Below, piece by piece: positions 1-10,770 of a DNA stretch of 63,768 nucleotides. The notes under the pieces are model-generated. The model ran no database searches. It was not told the DNA's origin and worked only from the letters and a program-made list of their open reading frames with translations. Position 1 is the first letter of the stretch, and every line of letters begins with the position of its first letter. Origin of the DNA: Schmidtea polychroa (taxonomy: Eukaryota); contig CM097885.1 in assembly GCA_044892525.1 (NCBI GenBank), positions 176,514,001 to 176,577,768 on the forward strand. Reading direction: 5' to 3'. The position numbers and the translations under genes are program-made.

Positions 1-214
1 TATATTGTAAAAGATAAAAGTCGAACCAGATAACGGACCATTTGTGTCAAGGATAAACACGTGATGCTTCTCGCAGATAACAACTACAACAAGTCAATCA
101 CAAGATGTACAGCGACAAGTCTACAACCGAAACTAATAAGAGAATATAAAAGCACAGGCATACATCAACACTCACATTAAAATGACGTAATTTAATTTTC
201 AAATCCAACCCATA

Positions 215-530
215 ATGTCAGCTCAGAAACGCAAGCGAACTAACTTTACTCTAAAGGACAAAGGAAATCATCAAACCAAGTCGGCCAGGAAGATAAGCAG
301 GAAATGGGGCTTCGAAGTTAAGAGAACCACCGTGAAGGGCATTCTCAGCAAAAAGGATGCAATTGAGACTTTGGAGTCAGATATATCAGTCTGTGTTAGG
401 AAATATTTTATCCACCAGATCAGAACCTAACATTTTGGTGAGCCCGACTTGATCTAAAAGATAGTCGGTGGACAATAAGTCAAATTTTCAAGATAACGTT
501 TGCAACCAGATCAAAAAGTAAAGTAAATCA
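215..530 (+). pseudogene. Tigger/pogo (CENP-B-like) transposase N-terminal remnant
   Basis: MSAQKRKRTNFTLKDK...KWGFEVKRTTVKGILSKKDAIE resembles the psq/CENP-B HTH start of Tigger transposases; frameshifted and truncated. Confidence 0.6.
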
Positions 531-550
531 AAAAATGGTCGAGGAAAATG

Positions 551-647
551 TGAATTTATTTACGAGGTATCCAGCTTTGCTGTTAAGACATTTAGTGGTG
601 ATCCTGGAGAGTTTCCTGAGTTTATGTCGGAGTATTATACGCGTATT
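551..647 (+). pseudogene. Possible LTR-retrotransposon gag fragment (BEL/Pao-like FSGDP motif)
   Basis: A frame not in the ORF track reads YEVSSFAVKTFSGDPGEFPEFMSEYYTRI, like the xFSGDPxExxEF motif of retrotransposon Gag N-termini; it is cut by the hAT end at 648. Short match only. Confidence 0.3.
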
Positions 648-984
648 CAGTGGTGGGATTCAGCCGGTTCGCACTGGTTCGTGCGAACCATTTCCTAAAA
701 GTTTTTGGGTTTGCAGAACCGGCTGTGTTTACCAACAATTTAGCATGAAACAAAAAGTAAATAATCGCATATGAAATTCAAAAACTATCAAAAAAATAAA
801 AAATTAACAATTGCATAGGAAATTAAAAAATTTTCAAAAAAAAGTAGTCAATCTGTTGGGGCACCACTCGGTTGACCATCCTGTATTAACACTCTACTCT
901 AAGGGATGATTGTCCATTTTTGCTTAACAGCTATAATTTTGTCAACCTTGAGTCGAACCCCACATAATCCCTCCTCCAACATAG

Positions 985-1121
985 CACCCATGAATTGCTT
1001 CACATTGGTACTGTGCTATGCCGGCGAGACGTCAGCAGGCAGGTGAGCCCCTGCCTTAGGACTACTCCTTACTGAGGCCTCGACTTCCTCTCACTCGACT
1101 GCCGATGGAAGGACTTACGTC
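985..1121 (-). ncRNA. Conserved structured RNA motif of the LTR-like family (copy 1)
   Basis: GACGTAAGTCCTTC...GAGTAGTCCTAAGGCAGGGGCTCACCTGC...CAGTACCAA is shared with 8103 and 29111; the flanking stem covaries. Confidence 0.6.
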
Positions 1122-1384
1122 TAATCACGCTGACAAAACTCACGCTAACGTACACGAATGCAAATTTATCGAGGTAGGTCAAAATCCAGAAAACTTTCAT
1201 TCACCCCCGAATTGATGCTCATCTCTTCACCAAAATCAAAATAATAAGAACATCACGTTTATTATAATGTCATAACACTGAATTTTTGTACATTACGGAA
1301 ATTATTACCGTCAGAGAAAGAGTCAATGAAAATATAAGGTATTAGATTACAGCGAATGGCAGTCATTGAGATCGCGGTGGGTTT

Positions 1385-2134
1385 TCATTTTTCCCACTCG
1401 GTATCTTTCAGCAGTTCATCTAGATCAAAGAATTCAGCGGCGTTTTCTTCCCATGACACTCCAGTGGCTGAGACAATCGGCGCTGGAATCCCTGCGGTTA
1501 GATCAATAGATACATGAGAGTTATCGCCCTTGGTGAGATTTTCTGTGGAAGGGTCGTTGGATTTCGTTGATGCTCACTCACGCTGCCTCTTCTTGCGCTC
1601 GGCCCTCGATAACTGCCGACGCTTAGGCTTCGATATTGGTTGATTCCCCTGCAGCCCTACGGGTGCGGGTATGATGTGGGACTGTACTTTGCTGGTTCCC
1701 GTGAAGATAATATCCGGACGCTTCGGTGAGAGTTTGGTTTCGACGCACTCATGACAAGATCTTTTAAATGGAGACGATGATTTCGCCGAAGTGTCATGAT
1801 GCACTGGAAACAGGTTATCGGCTTCATTTATAGGAATTTGAACGATCTTCTTGGTCGTCGTTGCCTGGACATATACTTTATGTAATGCTTCGGACTGTTC
1901 TTTAATTAAACTTCGTTGGGCGCGGCTCTCGGAGATTAGAGCGTCCCGGCAGTGCTCGCTACGATATAGCTTTTTCTGCACTTCTTTCATTTGCACTGGG
2001 CTGAACCATGTGCCTTCCAGTTCGTCGATCTTACGTTTGTATCGACCGATCTGGGCTTGTAGGTCTTTGATCACCGCATTTCTATCCGAGCAGGAGAAGC
2101 AGGGACGTAGTGTTGGCTTGTTGTTCGGTATCAT
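1385..2134 (-). CDS. Uncharacterised element-encoded protein (CxxC, coiled coil, Arg-rich motif, acidic C-tail); in-frame TGA at 1574-1576
   Basis: Track ORF 1574..2194; the probable start is the ATG at 2134, just after a TTCGTTGTAG acceptor. After the TGA the frame continues 62 codons to SWEENAAEFFDLDELLKDTEWEK* (1385), matching homologues at 7268-7755 and 9001-9749. Confidence 0.65.
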
Positions 2135-2667
2135 TTGGATTACTACAACGAAAGGAAAAGTTATGACTACATCGGCAAATCGTGGATCAGACATAATGAC
2201 TTATTCACAGTTGCACGATTACTAAGGAAGGAAAGGACAAGATGAGTTGATGAGACAATTTTCCTCCCTTTGTGCTTAATCGCTGACATTCTATATGTTC
2301 TTTACAAGAATCACCCCTTAAGCCCTATATCATTCCTCTGACGAATGCAAACTATTTGTTAAAATTCAAAAAATTAAAAATTAACAGATTCATTAATTCG
2401 GAAATTTCCCTTTGGGTTACATAATTATGCATCACACCGAGAAATGAGATATACTACGCTGATCAATGCCCCAAACTTTCTCCTTTATGTCCTCCTAATA
2501 GGGCGCATATATAGGTAATCAAGAATTTATTGCTTAGATTTAATTATTAATTACAGCATTTAAAACAAATTTATTATTATTATCTATAAAATTTCTGTCA
2601 CTATTTATTAATGTCCAATTTAAAATATTCGCTATCGTATTCAACAATAATTCTATAATCAGTTAGA

Positions 2668-3117
2668 ATGTTGAGTCTAAAAGGTCGGAGTGTTATCACT
2701 ACTACCTTATCTAAAATATACCGATGCTGTTTCAGATACTTAACATTGAAAATTAGTTAATAGTTAATCCTAAGAATTTAACGCCTACTGTTATCGCTAC
2801 ACGAGATTTGTTACGGTAAGCATCTGCCAATCAAAATACATTGTATCTATTACTCGATACACTCATCTGTTATTACTTGTAACGACGGAATTTACACTGC
2901 ATATGTCACCTGGTGGAACGGTTATTTATCAATCATGTCGTTTCTCATTCACGCTCATGTTCAACTCTCATGGTTAGAAAATTGCTTTTATACATCTTCT
3001 ATTCACTGGAAATTTTCTGATACTCACATGTGGCATTGGAAAATTTTAGTTATCATCTCAACCTCTAGTTGTTTCTCACGGACATATGATGTTGGAATAG
3101 GTTATGATGAGTCGTAG
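2668..3117 (+). pseudogene. Antisense cargo ORF remnant in LTR-like copy 1 (hydrophobic, Cys/Trp/His-rich)
   Basis: One frame is open for 112 codons (2782-3117) in AT-rich DNA, in frame with an ATG at 2668 across three stops; no family recognised. Confidence 0.35.
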
Positions 3118-4957
3118 CTTCGTCAATATTGGAGATGTAAATAATATGATACCCCATTGCATAGATCGTTCAATCTCTATAAGTCCTATTTCAAGAGTAG
3201 ATATTCAAATCAATCGTAGAAATTCATTTGTGTCAGGTAATACGAATTGGTTATATGTGTGTATTAAATAAATCTTTGTCGCAACTTATTGTTATGAGTT
3301 GTTTTATTTTTTGACAATTATTGTTCATTTATTACTTTGTATCGACGTCAAAAGATCAAGATCTCGAATTTGGCTTATTGTCGCGAAAACTGAAGTTGAA
3401 TTCAAATTCTTAAAACGTCATAGAATTGCTTTAGTAGTGAAGGTTGATCGAGATTTTTTAAAGAACTTCGTGAGTTTAGAATTGTCGACGAAAATGGCAA
3501 GAGTAGCTTGGAAAAATAACACTTAACATCCCAGAGTCATTATGGAGACTCCCTCAGTCGCTGTGAAGCACATGTCTTATCCTACTACAAAATCGAAACG
3601 CATTATTCAATCTATGCCCTGACATTTTTACAGATTTTAGGTCACCTTCAGCAATTAGACCCGTGAAGAAGCCTTCACATTTCGGCCCAATCTAGCTGCG
3701 TGATTGAAAAACTCCATGTCCACCGGTGGAGCTCCCGAAGGCACCTCACACCATGACATGGAGTATCTCAACTCCACGTTTCTCGAAAATTTTTTGATTC
3801 ATAGAATTCTAATTCATAAAATCTTTGTTCATAGAAAAATCACAAAATTTCTAAATAAAATTCTTTTATTTCTACCAACTACAATCAACATCCAAATTAC
3901 TAAATTACTAATAATTAAAACGGAAATCAAATGAAGAGAATATTCTTTACTCATATTATATCAAGATTTTAGTCAATATTAATCATTTCAACTACTTTTA
4001 ACTTAGAGATAAGAGTAAAATAAAAATAAAGATCTCCTTACTATTGTGATCGGGGTTGAGGCTGAGTCAAAAACGTGTCGATTATGGCTTTACAACTAGT
4101 TCGTCTAATTCTGGTACTATTTAGTCCTTGAATGCTTAATCCGATAATGCTGTCGTCAAATTCGGTTATCCTTGAGTTACTGTGATCTCGAATGGTCGAA
4201 TTAACAGTTGATTTGCTGAAGTATTCTGGCTCTTGAATAAGTCCTATAAAATTTTTGAGTAAACGGTCATCTTAATGATTTTGGTGCCGGTTTATATAGT
4301 GATTTTTTATTTATGCGGACCAATCAGAATTGAGTACTGCTTATTTTATTAAATTAATTTGCTTTTCCTTATTTCTTTGGACTTTTTACTTATTTTTCCT
4401 ATTTTTATTATACCTTGTATTTATTTCTTAAATTCCTTATTATTTGTTGCATTTTTCGGCATCTTATTCGTTATCTTATTACCTTATTTTTAATTTTTTT
4501 CATTTTTTATTTTTTGTTTTAATCCTTATATTTCATTTTATTATTTCTTTCATACCTTAACTTATTTATTTTTAAAATTTGTTGTCTTAGTTTATTTTAT
4601 TCACATCCTATCTGTCTTAATTTTCGACGTTTTCCAAAGTTAACTTTTTTGACTCAGCCCAACAAATCGAATACGAAATTCAAAAAATTTACCGAAGTAT
4701 GCTTTACCAAAAATTTATGATTTGAATTTATGGTTTTAAAAAGTTTTCGTGAGTGTGGTTTAAATTTGTTTTATATTTTTCCAGTCTTCTTTAGGTAGTG
4801 TTTGTGACAACAAATTGTATTAAAATTGTAAGTATATATTAATAAATAGTTATTGTTAAATTAATTTTATTGGAAAACAATTGACGTTAAATTTATGTTA
4901 AATTGTGTTAGTTTTACTTAATTATATGTTAAATTTCTCGGTATTATTTTAGCCATC

Positions 4958-7054
4958 ATGAAGCGCGGTGGACAACCAGTTTTGTCTGATTTTTTTTCTA
5001 AAGAAGGTGAAGCCTGGTCAAGATATGACGCCAATAACAAACAGAAGAAGCAGAATCGCCACATTCAGCTAATACTGTGCAAATCAATGACGAAGTAAAA
5101 CACAATCTCCCAGATTGCTGGAAGCCCTTGCAATTTCAAGATTTTCAGAAGAAATATGATGGCTTATTAGTTCGAAATAAAAAATTGGGTTGTAATTATT
5201 GCGCGCAAATAGATTCAATAAAAGCGAAGGGAATTCATGTATCAGTTGAATGGAAAAGCTGCAATATTGAAGCATCTGGAAAAAATAAAACCATTCAACA
5301 AGCATTTCTCCGAAAAAAAATGAACACTTTTTATCTAAGGCTCACCAAGTTAGTGTACATCAGTTAAAAGGTCGTTCACAAGACGTAATTTTGCAATGTT
5401 TCGATAAAAGTAATGAAAAATACGTCGATTCTACATGTAAAATCTTTAATACTGTTTACAGTATAGCAAAAAGATGCAGACCATTTTCTGATATTCAAAA
5501 TGGGATTGAACTACAAGTTAAAAATGGATTGAGCATGGGAGTGAGACTCCATTCTCGCAAAACTGTAGTTAAAATTATTGATCACATTGCATCAGAAATA
5601 AAAAAGGAAATATTTTGCAAAATAATCGCAAAGGATTTGAAAATTTGCATCATAATCGATGAAGCCTCGACTATATCTAGTAAATCTGTACTAATAATTT
5701 ATTTAAAAGTTGAAGATTCTGATGTGCCACCAACAATATTTCTAGATTTAGTTGAATTGGAAGCATAAGATGCTGAAACCATATACACGACCATGTTACA
5801 GAGTATATATAAAGTTGAATTCGATATAAATTATTTGAAATCAAATTTGATTGCATTTTGTTCTGATGGTGCAAGTGTAATGCTTGGTCGTAAATCAGGT
5901 GTCAGCTCAAGACTTTCAAAAGATTTCCCTGGCACAATTATTTGGCATTGTTTAAGCCATCGTCTGCAATTGGTTTTAGATGATTCTATTGACACAATAA
6001 AACAAATAAATCATTTCAAGATATTTATTGATAAAATATTTTTCATATGATAAAGTGATTTTTCATAAATAAAATAAAAATCAGTTAGAACTTAAGAATA
6101 TTTCTGAAGAACTTGGGCTAGAAATTATAAAGATTGGCAGCTTAAGAGCAACAGTTGCTGTATGGAGGGCTTATCCAGCTTTATATAAATATTTTGTTTC
6201 TAATACGAAATATTCAGGAATGGCTAATCGACTTCGCAATAAATTCTTTTTACAAGATTTAGCAATAATGATTGATATTTTGCAAGAAATTTCATGTTTC
6301 AAACGCGCTTCAAGCTAGAAATTTAATAAAAAGATCCATGTTGGCCATTAAAATGATTAAAGAAAATAAAGGTATATATGAAAAGAAAGTGAATGAAGTC
6401 ATCAATTCAGATGCTTTTAAAGATATTAATTTTATAGAGCATACAATTTACAGTAGACTCCCTAGCCAAAAACTATTGGACGCAGTAATTGCTAATATGA
6501 GAACAAGACTAATGGATGATGATAACCATTTATTGGCAACAAAAAGTACGAAAAATGATACCAATAAACTTTTTGAAGTTATTAGCGTTCTGGAGCATGA
6601 TTCTTGGAACATCGATGAGATTGTGGTTCCACGGATAGCCGCAGAAGAGAAATTGGTCGGATTCACAGATATTTTTAAATACAACATCGACGTAAATGAC
6701 TTCCGTGACTTTTTGGAAAATGTTATAAGCAATCGCGAAATTTTTTTCATTCCATAATCAATACAAAGAGCAAAAAACATCAATACTGTAGCGATTAGTT
6801 CTGCGGAAGCAGAAAGAGGGTTTTCTACAATGAATCTAATATATTCCGAAAAAAGAAACCGTTTAATTGTTCAAAATGTTGCTAATCTCATGGTAATAAA
6901 TTTAATTGGTCTTCCTTTGGACATATGGAACCCTGAACGATTTGTTAAAACTTGGTTGAGGAAGAATCACTCTGCAGATGACAACAGAGTAAAAAAACCT
7001 GCACCAATAAACTATAATAATAATCAAATTTCAATTTGGAAATATTTGAAATAA
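4958..7054 (+). pseudogene. Disrupted hAT transposase (KIAA1586/ZNF862-like)
   Basis: Fragments show IIIDEASTIS (catalytic D), [25 protein letters not shown] and ISSAEAERGFSTMN plus the dimerisation domain; several stops and frameshifts. Confidence 0.9.
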
Positions 7055-7267
7055 TTTTAAACACTTTTTATATATATATATATATATAATAACTATCCTG
7101 TTTCTATTACCTTTTTTTAACTGTTTTAATTTAAAATAATATATGAAATTAAATAATGAATTGAAATAAAAACGATATCAAATTTTTGATTTTTTTTACG
7201 GCCGAACCGGTTCTCAATTGTTTTCCGGATACGAACCGGTTGTTAAATATTTTGAATCCCACCACTG

Positions 7268-7755
7268 ATGCAAGCATCAATTACAAAGAAGATCGTAGAC
7301 ATACCCATTGCGGAAGAAGACAACGTATTCCCGCACCACCATCTCTCATCGGCATCGTTATCTAACTCAGCTAAACAGGCACACCTGATTCATTCGAATA
7401 CCCTACGGCCAACAATCCCTGCCGAAGTAATTAGTACAGGCACTAGTCGAGCTGCCCCCAGAAAATAGATCTATCGACCCCATTCACTCTTCCGGAGGCG
7501 ACGAAAATCACCAAACGCCGGCAACCGTCTAGGGCCGAGCGCACAAAGAGAAGGAGGGCTCTCCAGGCTGAGAGAGAAGCGACTCTCATCGCCTCCGCCA
7601 AACCCCAAGCTCCAGTACCTTCAGCGGAAACCGTACTTCGTTCTCCTCCTGCGTTCAGGGTAATTCCGCTCACAAGTACGTCCTGGGAGGAAGACGCCCG
7701 AGACTTTTTCGATCTCGACGAGATCTTTGCCGGAACTTCCCCAAATACATTGTGA
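7268..7755 (+). pseudogene. 3' half of the element-encoded protein (copy B), one frameshift near 7455
   Basis: QASITKKIVDIPIAEEDNVFPHHH, EVISTGTS, TKRRQPSRAERTKRRR and TSWEEDARDFFDLDEIF align motif by motif with 1385-2134. Confidence 0.75.
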
Positions 7756-8102
7756 TTCGTTTCTTGTGTCGTAACTCATAAATATATTTTCTTGTCGTAA
7801 TCTATAAATATGTCTTAGTGTTGTAAATTATAAATATATATTCGTGTTATTGATCGATGAATTAAACGATTTCGAATGTTTGTTGGTGTTGAAGTCTGCG
7901 AATATGAAATTAAGCAGTGAATGCGGGGAGTGAAGATTAGAAGGTATATGGTAAGGTCAAACTTGCAGGGTAAAGAGGTGACGGAAAAACTGTAAATCTT
8001 TGTTGGTGTGTGTTGGAAGGAGATCGTTTTGGAGAATAAGGAATCATGGTGGAGATTGTTCGATGATGGGAATGATGCGTGCAATCCTTGAATGATGAAA
8101 AT

Positions 8103-8240
8103 GACGTAAGCCCTTCTAACGGCAGTCGAGTGTTAGTTAAGTCGAGTTGGGATGAAGGAGTAGCCTAAGGCAGGGGCTCACCTGCTTCATCGCAGCTCGC
8201 CGACATGACACAGCACCAACATGATGCGAATTGGTTAAGG
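8103..8240 (+). ncRNA. Conserved structured RNA motif (copy 2)
   Basis: GACGTAAGCCCTTC...GAGTTGGGATGAA-GGAGTAGCCTAAGGCAGGGGCTCACCTGC-TTCATCGCAGCTC. Confidence 0.6.
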
Positions 8241-9000
8241 GTCCCTTGGAACGATGACATGCTGCATATGCATTTAGGACTACCATCCCCTAGTAAGTGA
8301 AAATGTTTTCTGACCCGACCCAAGGCCCAGCAATATAAACACCGGAAGAGTCACATAATAATGCATTGATCTCCAGAACGAGGGAAAATGACGATAAATA
8401 ATAAATTTTCACCAAGTGCAATGATAATGTCAACATCTGCTATACGGCATATGGATCTCTAAAACTACTTCCAATAAATGTACCGGATATGCATAGTTAG
8501 ATTCCCCGAAATGTCAGTTATTTCATACAGTAGAAAGGCTACAATTTTGGAATGCGATATAAATTTTAATTTAAATCAATAATTAATAATTTTCCCCGTT
8601 GAATTTTCCTGGTAATAGTCGTTTTTTTTGCGACGTCATTCGAGCAAGTTGTTACCGAAATAAGTAATATTCAGTTATTAAGGTGGGTCGTCATACTCCG
8701 ATTGAATCTAGCCGGGGCTTATTCGATTGAAATTATAGGTTCAACCGCAATTAATGTGAGAAAGGTGTTGATATTAGGTTTGGCGCAGAATGTTGAACTT
8801 AACGGTATTAAATTTCGAGCGACGAAACCGCTGGCATGAAATGTTAATATGATTGATTGGAACCAGGGATGTTGCCGGTATGTGAACCGAATGATGAATG
8901 ACCAAAGGAGGGGTGAATGAGTTATTTTAGTATGCATCTTTCTGCCTGTAATGTGATTTGACCGAAACTCACTTATTTTCTTAATAAATTCGTTTTAGAT

Positions 9001-9749
9001 ATGGCCGTTCCGAACGCAAACAGCTCTACTCTACGACCTTGCTTTTCTTGTGCTGACAAGAATGTGTCAATGCACACCTTACAACTTGAAATCGGACACC
9101 TGAAAAAACGTACTGACTATTGGGGGGGGGGGGGGGGGGCGTGGTCACCCCCGTCCAGATGAAAGAAGCGAACAAGAAGATACTCCGGCTCGAACATTGC
9201 CGAGACAGTCTCTTGAAGGAGAGTCGTTCACAGCGTATCCATCTGCGAGAACAATCCCGAGCACTACATAAGGTTTGAACGTCTTTGGAACTCAAGAATC
9301 GTATCAATGGGTCTCCGGCTGTCGATCAGGGGAACATCTTTCCCAGCCACCATCTGAATGGAGGGGCAAGTTCCATGTCCGGGACACGGGAACGATGTGA
9401 GCACGCCATCAGTTCTTGAAGTCATCTACATCGGCACCAGTGTAGCTCCAACACCCAGCAAGGCGCCTATGTGGCTCCGGTCCCAGTTGTCGTAACCGGA
9501 AAACCCAAGCGTAAATCTCGTACACGCGCGGAGCGAACACAGCGTCGAAGAGCAAAGCAGGCAGAATCACAAGCAGCCCTAGACGCTTCCCATGCCAAAG
9601 CAGCTGCTGACATGGTTGCTGCAATCGAGTTCGCCAAATGTCCACCGTACCGAATTTTGTCTTCCGTCGGTTCCCGAGGAACGGAGGAAAACCAAGCCGA
9701 TTTCGCTCTTGAACAACTCATGCGAGAGGCCGAAGAGGAGGGATTTTAG
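9001..9749 (+). pseudogene. Near full-length element-encoded protein (copy C), disrupted
   Basis: MAVPNANSSTLRPCFSC...PVQMKEANKKILRLEHCRDSLLKESRSQR...EQSRALHKV*, NIFPSHH, EVIYIGTS, KPKRKSRTRAERTQRRR, DFALEQLM. A G18 run (9122-9139) and stops break it. A degenerate right end CCCCAACG lies at 9881-9888. Confidence 0.75.
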
Positions 9750-9889
9750 GTATCTTCTACCTCAATTCTACCCCAACCCAAGACGAGGTAGGATTAAGCG
9801 TGATGATTGCGGGAATTGAGCCATGAATGTATGATGTCTCCTAGACTATCAAAACGACGTGAGTCAACTTGAAGGGAATACCCCAACGA

Positions 9890-10770
9890 ATATATATACG
9901 ACTATGGGGTAAACGTCATTGACAATAATATTATATCTGCTGTGGTAGAAAGACAGGAAAACAATGAAATTGATACATCCCTCACTGGAATAAAGCATAA
10001 ACGAAGAAAATGACTATGACAAATTCTTTAGACTGTGGGATGCTTCCTCAGGAGGGGCGATGAAATCACCAACAGGTAGTGATGTGATCTTTCAACCCCT
10101 CGAGACTAGATATGATAATCTACATGAGACAATAGAAAGAATTGCTAAACAAGCAAATATGCAGGACGCAGAAACGATGATACGAGGTATGGGAAGGCCT
10201 CGAAAATCTGAAATCGCTGAGAAATCAGAGGAAAGAAAGGCAGCGAGCGTCTAAAAGATATAGCAAACAGGATGTTCCAAAAATCCAGGATGATAATAAA
10301 GAGGTGAATATGATAACGGAGCTAATTAATGCAATGAATACGAGACGATTCCCAGAAGCAAGACCATCAGTGTTAATAGAAAATATAGTTAAAAAATTTA
10401 AATTAATGAAGAGATTAGGGAATTGAGTACAGAGGAAGCGAATGTAGAAACGGTGTTAAAAATATTATTTACAACAGGAGTAAATAGGGACAAAGTGATT
10501 ACTGCGATGGCATATTTAATAGCGAGATACAAAAAACTTCTACGAATGAATCCAAAGGATCAAATAGAAAACATAGCTAAGCTGATATATAATAAACTAA
10601 AGATGGATGCTATGCCTTGGGTAACATTAAAGGAGGATGGAAATACTGTATGATGAGAGCCTAATAGAACGAGAAAGTATAAAAGCCAATAACACGGCGG
10701 AAGTAGATGATACGGAAGAGGCAGTTAAAAACCTTGTAAATAAAACCACTATGAAACCAAGTGTTAGATG
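9890..10770 (+). pseudogene. Decayed ~290-codon ORF of unknown family upstream of the env-like ORF
   Basis: Consecutive ORF pieces (10060..10254, 10423..10653 and intervening frames) joined by frameshifts and stops; helical, charged composition; not recognised. Confidence 0.4.

Larger units (their letters stand above)
854..4664 (-). mobile_element. Large LTR-like element, copy 1 (TGTTGGGC...CCCCAACA, 3.8 kb)
   Basis: Minus strand starts TGTTGGGC at 4664 and ends CCCCAACA at 854; AATC flanks both sides (850-853, 4665-4668). A-rich 5' region followed by CTGATTGG and TATATAA; shares its 3' region with copies ending at 8332 and 29360. Confidence 0.75.
648..7267 (+). mobile_element. hAT DNA transposon (KIAA1586/ZNF862-like) carrying a nested LTR-like element
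   Basis: Perfect 15-bp TIRs CAGTGGTGGGATTCA (648-662) and TGAATCCCACCACTG (7253-7267), subterminal GAACCGG repeats, transposase at 4958-7054. Flanking 8-mers (CGCGTATT / ATGCAAGC) do not match. Confidence 0.8.
7268..8332 (+). mobile_element. LTR-like element, right part (copy 2)
   Basis: Begins mid-ORF at the hAT TIR, carries the 3' half of the family ORF, the RNA motif at 8103 and CATCCCCTAG, and ends GCCCAGCA (8332). Confidence 0.65.

Noticed and set aside
1040-1070. Twister or pistol ribozyme (GUCCUAAG resembles twister loop L4; CCUAA resembles the pistol pseudoknot strand)
   Set aside because: Flanking P4 pairing and the terminal GC of L4 are absent, and no UUAGG partner loop exists upstream; kept only as an unclassified structure.
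1851-2225. Alternative-strand ORFs such as 1851..2225, 7443..7673, 9026..9307, 17962..18234, 63051..63452
   Set aside because: Antisense shadows of better-supported coding frames.
8057-8200. HDV-like ribozyme reading of the RNA motif (P3-like GYC/GGC hairpin, possible P1 partner about 40 nt upstream)
   Set aside because: A P2 helix can be drawn only in copy 1, and the first nucleotide is G only in copy 2; a local hairpin explains the same bases.
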